DNA from: an uncultured delta proteobacterium
GTDB lineage: Bacteria > Myxococcota_A > Polyangia > Polyangiales > Polyangiaceae
Direction of reading: 5' to 3'
Assembly (NCBI GenBank): GCA_963841435.1
Contig: CAWJCS010000003.1
Span: 512,001 to 576,000, forward strand
DNA: 64,000 nucleotides
Shown here: piece by piece, positions 44,135 to 53,513 of the stretch
Numbering within the stretch: position 1 is the first letter of the stretch
How the letters are laid out: every line of letters begins with the position of its first letter
The notes under the pieces: model-generated
What the model saw: the letters and a program-made list of their open reading frames with translations, nothing else
The model's database searches: none
Told to the model about the DNA's origin: nothing
Position numbers and translations under genes: made by a program

Positions 44135-44805
44135 GGCGCCTCGTCCGAGCCGACGTGGATGACGCCCACGGCGTCCAAATCGAAGCCCGCTGTCGGCTCG
44201 GCGCCCGCGTACGACACATCCGTGATCCGCACGAAGCGGGCGCGCGCCACGCCGATTTCGGCGAGATCGAACGCGTCGCCGCCCGTGATGGCCGGGTCGA
44301 GCGGCACGAGCGCGGACGCATCGTAGACGAGTGTCGGCGTCCAGCCCGCGCAGCCGGGGAAATGGCCCTCGCCGTCACCCGCGGAGACGCAGGCGAAGCC
44401 CGTCCAGCTGTCGCCGTCGTCGCTCACCTCGACGGCCCCGGGCTCGGCGAAGACCTGGCTCGCGCTACCCCCTGGCCAGAACGCATTTTCGAACACGACG
44501 AAGTCCGGCCCGTCACCGTCGACGATGGCGCGCGTGCCGAAGCCGACCTCGATGCTGCCGCCCTTGCCGAGCGACAGCACGTCGAGCGAGCCGACCTCCT
44601 GCCCCCCGCCGCGAGGCGGCCCGAGCACGATGTCCGGCAAGCGATCTTCGCCGAAACCGGCGCTGTCGCCCGGCTCGAAGCTCACGACGGCGCTCGCGTA
44701 GGGCGCCGTCGGTTCGGTGTCCGACGAATCCGAGCCTGCGCCACAACCCATGACGAGCGCCGTCACGCTCGTCGCAAACACAATCCCGCCACGCGGCGTT
44801 TTCAT
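44131..44805 (-). CDS. Cell-surface lipoprotein (B12 locus)
   Basis: Lipobox VMGC; LGPP, SLGKGGSI, DGDGPDFVVFENAF, GGDAFDL, GFDLDAV. Confidence 0.75.
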   Translation of the reverse strand: MKTPRGGIVFATSVTALVMGCGAGSDSSDTEPTAPYASAVVSFEPGDSAGFGEDRLPDIVLGPPRGGGQEVGSLDVLSLGKGGSIEVGFGTRAIVDGDGPDFVVFENAFWPGGSASQVFAEPGAVEVSDDGDSWTGFACVSAGDGEGHFPGCAGWTPTLVYDASALVPLDPAITGGDAFDLAEIGVARARFVRITDVSYAGAEPTAGFDLDAVGVIHVGSDEAP

Positions 44806-45368
44806 CGTCGCGTGAGCTTCGTCCAGGCGAAGCCGCCGCAGCCCATCTCCCCGGGGTGACTGTCGTCGGCGGCCGTGTCGGCGGCGCGGGCCTGCTCGAG
44901 CGTGTCGAGGCCGAAGTCCGTCGTGCAGTAGTAAAACGCGTCGCCGTCGATCTCGGTCCACACGATGCGATTGAAGAGCGACGGGCCGAACTCCGCGTCG
45001 TCGGGATTCTGGGTGATCGCGACGTTGTCGTCGTTCGAGAACGAGGCAATCGTCGCGACGCTTTCGCCCACGCCGGAGTTGACCGACCAGGAAACGTCGT
45101 CGATCACCTCGATGCTGCCGAAGTCGCCGTCCCAGGTCCCGTCAATCTCGAGCGAAGCGGTCTCGCCCCCGCTCTCGCCTCCCTCGCCGCTCGCGCCCGG
45201 TCCGGCGCTACCGCCGGAGCCGCCCGTACCCCCCGAGCCACCGCCAGACCCGCCACGGCCGGCGCTCCCCCCCCGTTCGATGGGTTGCGCGTCGTCGTCA
45301 CCCCCGCATGCCGGGAGGGCGAGAGCCAGCGAAAGTACACCTGCGATTGGGATCCATCTCGTCTTCAT
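44802..45368 (-). CDS. Lipoprotein, first gene after the riboswitch
   Basis: GAGGAG RBS; lipobox LPAC; Gly linker; FYYC..GCGGFAW. Confidence 0.75.
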   Translation of the reverse strand: MKTRWIPIAGVLSLALALPACGGDDDAQPIERGGSAGRGGSGGGSGGTGGSGGSAGPGASGEGGESGGETASLEIDGTWDGDFGSIEVIDDVSWSVNSGVGESVATIASFSNDDNVAITQNPDDAEFGPSLFNRIVWTEIDGDAFYYCTTDFGLDTLEQARAADTAADDSHPGEMGCGGFAWTKLTRR

Positions 45369-45489
45369 CGAGCGTCACTCCTCGCCGGTCTGCCGCCGGC
45401 TCGGTGGCGCCACGATTGAAGGACGCGGATCGCACGAACCCTTCGTGCTTCCACGCCTCCATCAACCGTGGGGCTGTCGTGGTCGCGGA

Positions 45490-45660
45490 CGAAGGAGGTA
45501 TCCTGGCTCTCGGATGGTGGACTCTGCTCGGCCTTCCCCGGTTTCCCGAGTGGCCCGGCCGCGACGGTCAGTCGCGCCCGATGGCTTCGTCGTCTCCGAT
45601 GACAGTGGCGGGACCGCGCCGGATTCGCACCGGCTTCCCTGACCTCCGTCCGACTATCGC
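45490..45660 (-). ncRNA. Cobalamin riboswitch
   Basis: Minus strand AGGGAAGCCGGTGCGAATCCGGCGCGGTCCCGCCACTGT...CACT..GGGAAGGC...GAGCCAGGATACCT. Confidence 0.93.
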
Positions 45661-45773
45661 GTCATTGATTTCCGCCCGTCCCATACACGCGCCGCAGACC
45701 GCGCGTCAAGGGCCCACGGGGGCAAGCGCCGCGCGGCAAGGCCCGCGGAGCCCTGGAACGAGGCAGCCCGCGG

Positions 45774-46505
45774 TCAGCCGAGACCGAGCGTTTCGAGCTC
45801 GTCTTCTTCGAGCCCGAAGTAGTGCCCGATTTCGTGCAGCACCGTGATCTCGACCTCGTGCGCGAGATCCTCCTCGTCGTCGGGATCGACGAACGCGAGC
45901 AGGTTTGCCGCGTAGAGCACGATGCGAGTCGGCATTCCGGCCGAGTCGCCGAGCTGTCGCTCCTCGTTGACCGGCCCTTCGAAGAGCCCCAAACTTCGGG
46001 GGTCGAAGCGGTCGCGCACCAGATCCTCGCTGGGGCGAGCCTCGATGACGATCGGCACGCCGATGAGCCGCCGTCGAAACTTGGCGGGCAGCTCGTTGAG
46101 CACGCGCTCGGCGGTGTCACGAATGCGCGCCTCCACTGCGTCCAAGTCGAAGCCGTCCGCAGCGTCCGCGGCGGCGTCGAGCCGGCGCACGGCCAGTAGC
46201 TCGCGCGCGCACGCGTCCAGGTCCCCGAGCTCCTCGCATAGAAGGGCCAGCGCGTGCCTGGCCTCCGCGAACTCGGGCTCCCGTCCCACGAGCTCCTCGA
46301 GCGCCGTTCGCCCGGCCTTCGGCCCCTTAGCGAGGGCAATGGCGCGCGCCCGCGCGAGCCGCACCTCCGGGTGCGCGGCCGATTCGGGGTTCGCGCGCTC
46401 CGCGATATCGAGCGCTGCATTTGCGTCGCTCTGCAGACGCTCCTCCACGTCCAGGACAAGGTCCAGTACCTCCTTGTTCAACTGGCCCGACGTCGCGTGG
46501 GGCAT
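45774..46505 (-). CDS. TPR + Zincin_1 minimal metallopeptidase
   Basis: LGLFEG, RIVLY, ITVLHEIGHYFGL. Confidence 0.85.
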   Translation of the reverse strand: MPHATSGQLNKEVLDLVLDVEERLQSDANAALDIAERANPESAAHPEVRLARARAIALAKGPKAGRTALEELVGREPEFAEARHALALLCEELGDLDACARELLAVRRLDAAADAADGFDLDAVEARIRDTAERVLNELPAKFRRRLIGVPIVIEARPSEDLVRDRFDPRSLGLFEGPVNEERQLGDSAGMPTRIVLYAANLLAFVDPDDEEDLAHEVEITVLHEIGHYFGLEEDELETLGLG

Positions 46506-46652
46506 TTTTGTCGCCACCCTTAACTGTCGCTACTGTCCAGCAATATTGCAAGCACACAAGGCGAACTGAAACGCCACGGACATCACTTTTTATGGTGCCC
46601 GCTGTAGGAATGCTCCTTACGGCTTCTTACTATCTCGTACCTCGTCCCACAC

Positions 46653-48032
46653 TCAGCCAGTCGGCTGTTTTTCGATCAGCGAGCGAAACCGCGCGATCGA
46701 CTCGGGATCGGCGCGCAGCGAGACGTGCACGCCGTCCTCCTCGTAGCTCTGGCTCTCGACGCGACCTGCGTCGTGCATCATTGCCACGACCGACTGTCGG
46801 GAATACGGGACGACGAGCTCCGCTCCGACGTAACGGGTTTCGAAGAACCGCACGATTCCCTCGCGAACGAAGCTCACGCCCGCCGGATCGCGCGCGCTCA
46901 CGAACCAGGCGTCCGGGCGCGCCTCGCGCAGGGCCGCGAGCTCCGCCGGCGAAACGCGATCGATCTTGTTCATGACGAGCAAGCTGGGGACCCCGTCGGC
47001 GCCGATCTCGGCCAGGACCTCGCGCGTCACGCGCTCCTGACCCTCCCAGCTCGGATCGGCCGCATCCACGACGTGCAAGAGTAGCGACGCTTCGAGCGCC
47101 TCGTCGAGCGTCGACTTGAAGCTCGCGACCAGATCGTGCGGAAGATTCCGGATGAAGCCGACGGTGTCGCTCACGAGGATTCGCGGCCGCGTTTCGGGTT
47201 GCAGGGCACGCACCGTCGTGTCGAGCGTCGCGAACAGGCGATCTTCGACGGTGACGGGGCTCGCCGTGAGCGCGCGCATCAACGACGACTTTCCGGCATT
47301 GGTGTAGCCCACCAGCACCACGCGCCGCGTCGAGCGCCGCTGCGCGCGGCGCGTCCCCTGCTCGCGACCGAGCGCGTCGAGCTTTTGGCGTAGCTCCGCG
47401 ATGCGATCGCGAATGCGCCGGCGATCGAGCTCGATGGCAGCTTCACCCGCGCCCCTGCCGGCCTGGCGTTCCTTGCCCGATGGCGATTCCCGCACGCGCG
47501 GCGCCAGGTATTTGAGTCGTGCCATCTCCACCTCGAGGCGCGCCTCGCGGGTGCGCGCGTGTCGGTGGAAAATCTCGATGATCACGCCCGTGCGATCGAG
47601 CACGGGAACGCCGGCCGCGTGCTCGAGGTTGCGGGCCTGGCTCGGCGTGAGCTCGTGGTTGACGGCGACGAGCGCAATGGCCGAAGGCTTGGGCGAGACG
47701 TTGCCGGCGGGCTCCGTCTGGTCGTCGTCGGCTGTCGCGGGTCCTTCGCGATCGGCGCTGTCGCGCGCCTGGCGCGACTTGCCCGTCTTGCGCCCGCGCG
47801 ACGGATGCGGGCGGCCGGTGCCCCCCGTGAGCTCGGCGAGCTCTTTGAGCTTGCCCTCGCCGAGCACGGCGGCAGGCGAAAGGCTGATGCGCGGTTGGGT
47901 GACGCGCGCCACGGGTTGGTAGCCGAGCGTCGTCACGAGACGCTCGAGCTCGGCGAGGCTCGCCGCCTGCTCCTCGTCGTCCATCGACGGCAGCGCCACA
48001 CCCACGATCACGGCGCGCGGCGCTTCTTGCAT
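46653..48032 (-). CDS. hflX: Ribosome-splitting GTPase HflX
   Basis: GYTNAGKS, LFATLD, DTVGFI, NKID. Confidence 0.96.
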   Translation of the reverse strand: MQEAPRAVIVGVALPSMDDEEQAASLAELERLVTTLGYQPVARVTQPRISLSPAAVLGEGKLKELAELTGGTGRPHPSRGRKTGKSRQARDSADREGPATADDDQTEPAGNVSPKPSAIALVAVNHELTPSQARNLEHAAGVPVLDRTGVIIEIFHRHARTREARLEVEMARLKYLAPRVRESPSGKERQAGRGAGEAAIELDRRRIRDRIAELRQKLDALGREQGTRRAQRRSTRRVVLVGYTNAGKSSLMRALTASPVTVEDRLFATLDTTVRALQPETRPRILVSDTVGFIRNLPHDLVASFKSTLDEALEASLLLHVVDAADPSWEGQERVTREVLAEIGADGVPSLLVMNKIDRVSPAELAALREARPDAWFVSARDPAGVSFVREGIVRFFETRYVGAELVVPYSRQSVVAMMHDAGRVESQSYEEDGVHVSLRADPESIARFRSLIEKQPTG

Positions 48033-48091
48033 GGCTCGCCCGTGCGTAGCACGCACCCGCAGGGGGCGGAACTCGCCTGGAAGGCCGGCGC

Positions 48092-49096
48092 TCAGCGCGT
48101 GAGCGTGAGCTCGTCCACTTTCTTGCCGTCGCTCGTCACGAAACGGAGCGAAAGCTTTTCGGCACTGACCTCCAAGAACAGGGCACCGTGATGCTCGTTG
48201 AAGCGCAGGCGGCTGCCCTCGACGGGGGCCTCGAAGGCGTAGGGCGAGTTACCGCCGAGGCCGTTGACGACGTAGGTGACGCCTCCGACCTCGAGCCGCT
48301 CGTAGTCGTGGTCATGACCGGCGAGCACGAGGTCGATGCCCCAGGCGCGGTAGGGCCACTGCATCACGGGCGTGGAGCCGTGAGGGCCGGACGAGTACGG
48401 CGGGTGGTGCATGTAGGCGATGCGGAACGCCGCACGCGACGCCACGGCGCGCTCCTTCAACCAGCGTCCCTGCGCGCTGTCGGCGGTGATGCCGTCCGGC
48501 TCGTGCGGATCGCTGTCGATGGCGAAGAGCTCGACGTTGCCCTCTCGGACGGAGTAGTAGCGCTCGTTGCCGGGAAGGGTGAAGTAGTCGAAGTAGGGGC
48601 GCGCGCCCGGTGCGAGCCAGTCGTGGTTGCCGAGCGCGGGAAAGAAACGATTCTTCGTCCCGCCGGGGCCAAAGCGCCCTCGGTACGGCGAGATCAGCGA
48701 GGCGTAGAAGCGCCCGACGTTTTCGTCGATGGTGTTGGCGCCACCGGAAGGGTAGTTGTTGTCGCCGAGCGTGATCACGAAGTCCGGCTTGTCGGCGAGC
48801 ACGAGGGCAGCGACGCGGCGCTCGTCGTCGCCGCTCGCGCCGAAGTCGCCGATCGCGGCGAAGCGCACGCTGCCGGGCCGCGACTCCACGAAAGGGCGCG
48901 GGAGCACGCTCGCCGTCGCTTTTGGAGCCGGCTTCGGCGCCGACGCCTGGGCGGCGAGCTCGGGGCGCGCCTCGCTGACGCGCTCGGCGGGCGGCGCGCG
49001 GCGGCACCCACCCGCAACGCCGAGGGTCCCGACGACGAGCGAAGCGAGAACGGCGCACGACACGGCGGCTCGACGAGCGCGAGATGAGTGCGTCAT
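48092..49096 (-). CDS. Exported metallophosphoesterase (purple acid phosphatase-like)
   Basis: GDFG, GDNNY, GNHD, HHP, GHDH. Confidence 0.9.
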   Translation of the reverse strand: MTHSSRARRAAVSCAVLASLVVGTLGVAGGCRRAPPAERVSEARPELAAQASAPKPAPKATASVLPRPFVESRPGSVRFAAIGDFGASGDDERRVAALVLADKPDFVITLGDNNYPSGGANTIDENVGRFYASLISPYRGRFGPGGTKNRFFPALGNHDWLAPGARPYFDYFTLPGNERYYSVREGNVELFAIDSDPHEPDGITADSAQGRWLKERAVASRAAFRIAYMHHPPYSSGPHGSTPVMQWPYRAWGIDLVLAGHDHDYERLEVGGVTYVVNGLGGNSPYAFEAPVEGSRLRFNEHHGALFLEVSAEKLSLRFVTSDGKKVDELTLTR

Positions 49097-49149
49097 GGCG
49101 CGGGAAGCCGCCAGAAGCGGCAGGCGTCGAGTACCCGCCTCCGACCACC

Positions 49150-49179
49150 TTGACAAGGGGTCACACGCCTTCCTAGCTT
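49150..49179 (+). promoter_or_regulatory. Possible sigma70 promoter for the porin
   Basis: TTGACA-18 bp-TAGCTT. Confidence 0.45.
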
Positions 49180-49209
49180 GAAAAGCCTGGGGTTGGTGCG
49201 AAAAAAACG

Positions 49210-50476
49210 ATGACCATCACGGTGCGTACCTGGCTCGTGCTCGCGGCGATGCTCCTCACGACCGAGGGTGCTTTCGCGAAGGGGAAGAAGAAGCAGCGAA
49301 ACGCCGAGCCCGCGCCGCCGAGCTCGTCCGCGGCACCCGCGCCGGCAGCCGACGCGTCGAAGCCGGCGCCGCGGCCACCCGACGACGACGACGACGACGA
49401 GGACGCCAACCCCGCCGTTCGGTCGCCGTTCGGCTCGATCGAGCCGGGCGGCCGCGTGCTCGGTCATGCGGCGTTCACGCGCCGCTACGCCGTCTATCGC
49501 GACGCCGCCGACGTCGAGCGCGAGCGCGTCGTGCGCTCGCTCGATCTGACCGTGCCGAGCGCGCGTCTCGACGCGCGCTATCGCGCACCCGTGCGCTACC
49601 TTTCTGCCGAGGTCGAGGTCGAGCTCGCCGGCAAGCCGGAGCTCAAGGACGCGTGGGTCCGCGCGAAGAGCAAGCGCTTCCGCCTCCAGCTCGGTCAATT
49701 CAAGGTGCCGATCTCGAACATCGAGTCGACCTCGCGCTGGGAGCTGCCGCTCGCCGACCGGGGGCTCTTGCACGACATCCTCGTGAACGAGCTCGAGGTG
49801 GCGGGCCGCCGGCCCGGCGTGACCGTCGGGGCGCGTGCCGGTGGCCCGTGGAAGCCGAGCCTGACGCTCGGCGCGTTCCAGGGCTCGGTCGTTACGGAAC
49901 AGGTGGGCGCGAACCGCAAGGTGAGCCTGCTCTCGGAGCAGTCGATGAAGAGCCAGAGCTTCGTCGTGCGCGCCGAGGTGCGGCGCGGCGATCTCCACGC
50001 TCGGCGCGTCGTACGAGCACCGCGTCGGAACGCCCGCCGTGATGACCATCGAGCGCTACGCAACCGGCGGCGTCGATCTCACGCTCGACACGCACGTCGG
50101 ATTGCGCGGGCTGCGCGTCTGGGCCGAGGGCCTCGTCGGGGGCAGCTGGCTCGAGCACTCGCGAAAGCCCACCGATGACCGGGCCGCGACGTTCGCCGCC
50201 GGGCGGGTCGTCGCGGCGGTCCGCACGGGCGGACGAAAGAAACGCGACTTTTACGTCGAGCCCTACGGGATGGTCGGCGTGTTCGACCCAGATACCGAAG
50301 TCGCCTTCGACCTCGCGTGGGAAGAAACCGTCGGGGTCAACGTGGGCGGGTGGAAGGTCTTCCGTGTCGGTGTGGAGGGCCACCACGCGGGCGCCGAGCG
50401 AAACCTTCCCCGCGTCTACGGTCTCGGCGATCCGGACCGCATCGAGATCCTGCTCCAAGCGGGCGCCGCCTTCTGA
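49210..50476 (+). CDS. OprO/OprP-like porin (+1 frameshift near 49996)
   Basis: Signal peptide; ARL, LKDAWV, LGQFKVP..E, R.PG; C-terminal LQAGAAF after repair. Confidence 0.65.
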
Positions 50477-50745
50477 GCACACCGAAGCTGCAATTGGGCA
50501 CCTCGAGTGGAACTGGTGCCAGAGACCCAACACATCCGGCCTCGAAGTCACCTTGTGTGCGCTTGTGTGTTCGCCGCACAACGGGCAAAAACGAGAAGCG
50601 AGCAAGAGCGAGATGCGAGCGGGCAAAAAAAGTTGCGACGCCCAGAAAACATGAGCCGCCACGCCTGCGAAGGACCTCCCTGTCTGGTATGCTCCCAAGG
50701 CCGGTCGGGCGGGACGCCGCCGACGACTGTCCAGAGGTAATAAGC

Positions 50746-53236
50746 ATGCGCCGTTGGATTCCTTCTTTGCTCGTCATCTGGTTGGGAGCGGTTCCACTCG
50801 CCATTTGGGGCTGTAGTAACGCTGCCGGCAACAACACCAGCTTCGATGCCGGGGGGAGCGGCAACTCCGGCGGCACCGCGGCGGGCGGCTCCGGCAACGG
50901 CAGCTCGAGCGGCGGTGCGGGCGGCATCGTCATTCCCGTCATGGACGGCGGCATGGTCGAAAACCAGTGCGACAAGCCGGACGCACCGCCCGACTGCATG
51001 CTCGTGTCGCCTCCCGGCTGCGGCGACGGCGAGGTCAATCAGGACACCGAGCAGTGCGACGACGGCAACACCGTGCCGGGCGATTGTTGCTCGGGCGCCT
51101 GCCAGGTCGAGCAGTACTGCGAGTGCGATGCGAGTGGCGCCAATTGCCATTCGACCATCATCTGCGGCGACGGCATGCGCGGGCCCGGAGAAGCCTGTGA
51201 CGACGGCAACCAGACGGGCGGTGACGGCTGCTCGGCGGATTGTCACGTGGTCGAGCTCGGCCATCGCTGCATGAATCCGGGGGAGCCGTGCATCCGAGTG
51301 TACGTCTGCAGCGACGGCATCGTGGACCCGAACGAAGGTTGCGACGACGGCAACCTCATGCCGGGTGACGGCTGCAGCGAGCGCTGCCGCATCGAGCAGG
51401 GCTTCAAGTGCGACGGCTCGCCGAGCACCTGCACCGCCACCACCTGCGGCGACGGCAAGCAGGAAGGCGCGGAGAGCTGCGACGACGGCAACAGGGTCGC
51501 CTTCGACGGCTGCTCACCCGACTGCCGCGCCGAGCCCAAATGCGAAACGGGCAAGGCGTGCACCTCCGGCTGCGGTGACGGCATCGTCTTCGGCGACGAA
51601 GAGTGCGACGACGGCAACCTGCGCCCCGGCGACGGCTGCTCGGCGACGTGCAAGGTCGAAGAAGGCTACATGTGCAACAACGACGCGCCGTGCACGCGTC
51701 GCATGGGGGTGGACGCGGCGACCGGCGAGATGGCGGACATCTGCTACCTCGAGGTCCCGGCGAACTTCCGCGACTTCAACGCCCACTCGGCAACCGGCGG
51801 CCACCCGGACTTCTCCCCTGGCCGCAACTCACCCGGAGCGGTGCAAGGTATGGTGAAGGCCGACCTCGACATGGAGGGCAAGCCCGTCCTCGCCAAGGTC
51901 AACGATACCGATGCCTACACCCACACGGCCGCTGACTTCGCCCAGTGGTATCGCAACGACCCTCCGGCCTCGGCTCCCATTCCGAGCACGCTTGGGCTGT
52001 GGGACAAGGCGGGCGCCACCGGCGACGGCACCGCCGGCTACGTGAACCGGTGGGGCGCGAACGGCGAGCAGTGGACCGCCCCGCAGATGTACACGGGTCT
52101 CGTCTATGGGGGCCCGGGTACGGCGGGCGGTGATCCCGGCTGTTCGGACCCCGCGTGCGCCGGCCTCACCTGCTACGACCCGTGCACGCCGTGGGGAGCC
52201 GGCCAGACGCAAGCCTGCTGCGGCACCGCCACGCAGACGGCGTACGACGGCAATCCGCTCTTTTTCCCAATCGACAAGTCGCCCGGCATCCTGACCGAGA
52301 CGCGAGGGCCCGCCAAGGTTCCGGAGCAATACGGCTGGAACGGCTGGCCCTGGGAGACGGACGTTGCCACGTCGCTCGGCGTCACGACTCCGATCCCGAC
52401 GGCGACCTCACCCTTCCCGACCGCCACCCACAACTTCAGTTTCACGACCGAGGTGAAGTACTGGTTCCGGTACGAAGCCAACACCATGGCGACGCTCGAC
52501 TTCACGGGCGACGACGACGTTCTGGGTGTTCTTGAACGGCCATCTGGCGATCGATCTCGGCGCGTGGCACGTGCCGCTGCCAGGCTCGCTCGCCATCAAC
52601 GGCGCCACCATCAACGCTAGCTCGACCACACAGGTCCCCCCGAACTCGCCCATGGACGTGGTCGTTGCAAAGCCGGGCACCGCAACCAGCTACGGGATGC
52701 AAGCCGGCAACGTCTATCAGATCGCGATCTTCCATGCCGAGCGCCAGCAGGAGGGCTCTTCCTTCAAGCTCACCCTCGCCGGCTTCAACATGACGCCGAG
52801 CGATTGCCGCACTGATTGCGGCGACGGCGAGGTCGGGCCCGGCGAAGAGTGCGACGACGGCACGAACGCGGGGGGCTACAACATGTGCGCCCCGGGCTGC
52901 TTGTTCGGCCCGCGCTGCGGCGACGGCATCACCGCGGCCGAGTACGGTGAAACCTGCGACGACGGTGATGCCGGCAACCTCGGCACGTGGGGCGGCTGCG
53001 GCCCCGACTGCCAGCCCGGTCCGCGCTGCGGCGACGGCATCGTGCAAACGGATCACGAAGAGTGCGACGACGGCATGAACGAAGGCGCGTACGGCGGCTG
53101 CTCGCCCGGCTGCGTGATCGGCCCGCACTGCGGCGACGGTCTCATCCAGATCGGCTTCGAGGAGTGCGACGACGCGAACAACGTCGGCAAGGACGGCTGC
53201 TCGAACTGCAAGTTCGACGTCCCTGTCACGAAGTGA
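50746..53236 (+). CDS. Cys-rich repeat (DUF4215) / fibro-slime domain lipoprotein (+1 frameshift near 52520)
   Basis: CGDG..ExCDDGN repeats; RDF..HPDF, HNFSFTTE; repaired FTGDDDVWVFLNG..DLG. Confidence 0.88.
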
Positions 53237-53513
53237 CCCGAGGGGCGCCAGCCACTCCTGATCTCGCTCGCTGCGAGTCCCAATACCCCGCTTGGATCGG
53301 GTTTGGTAACCGTGCGCCTCGACCCGCAGGCAACTTTCGCCAGAAGTGCAAAGTTTGGCCCCAAAGGCCTTTAAATCGGCTGGAAGTTCGTTCCGACCGC
53401 TAGCGGCGCTCGGACCCAAATGACAACATCCGAGGCCTGGGCGCGGGGCTCTCTCGCTGCCCCTGGCTGTTACCAATTCCCGCTCATCGAGAAGAGCGGA
53501 GGATGGCAAAATC

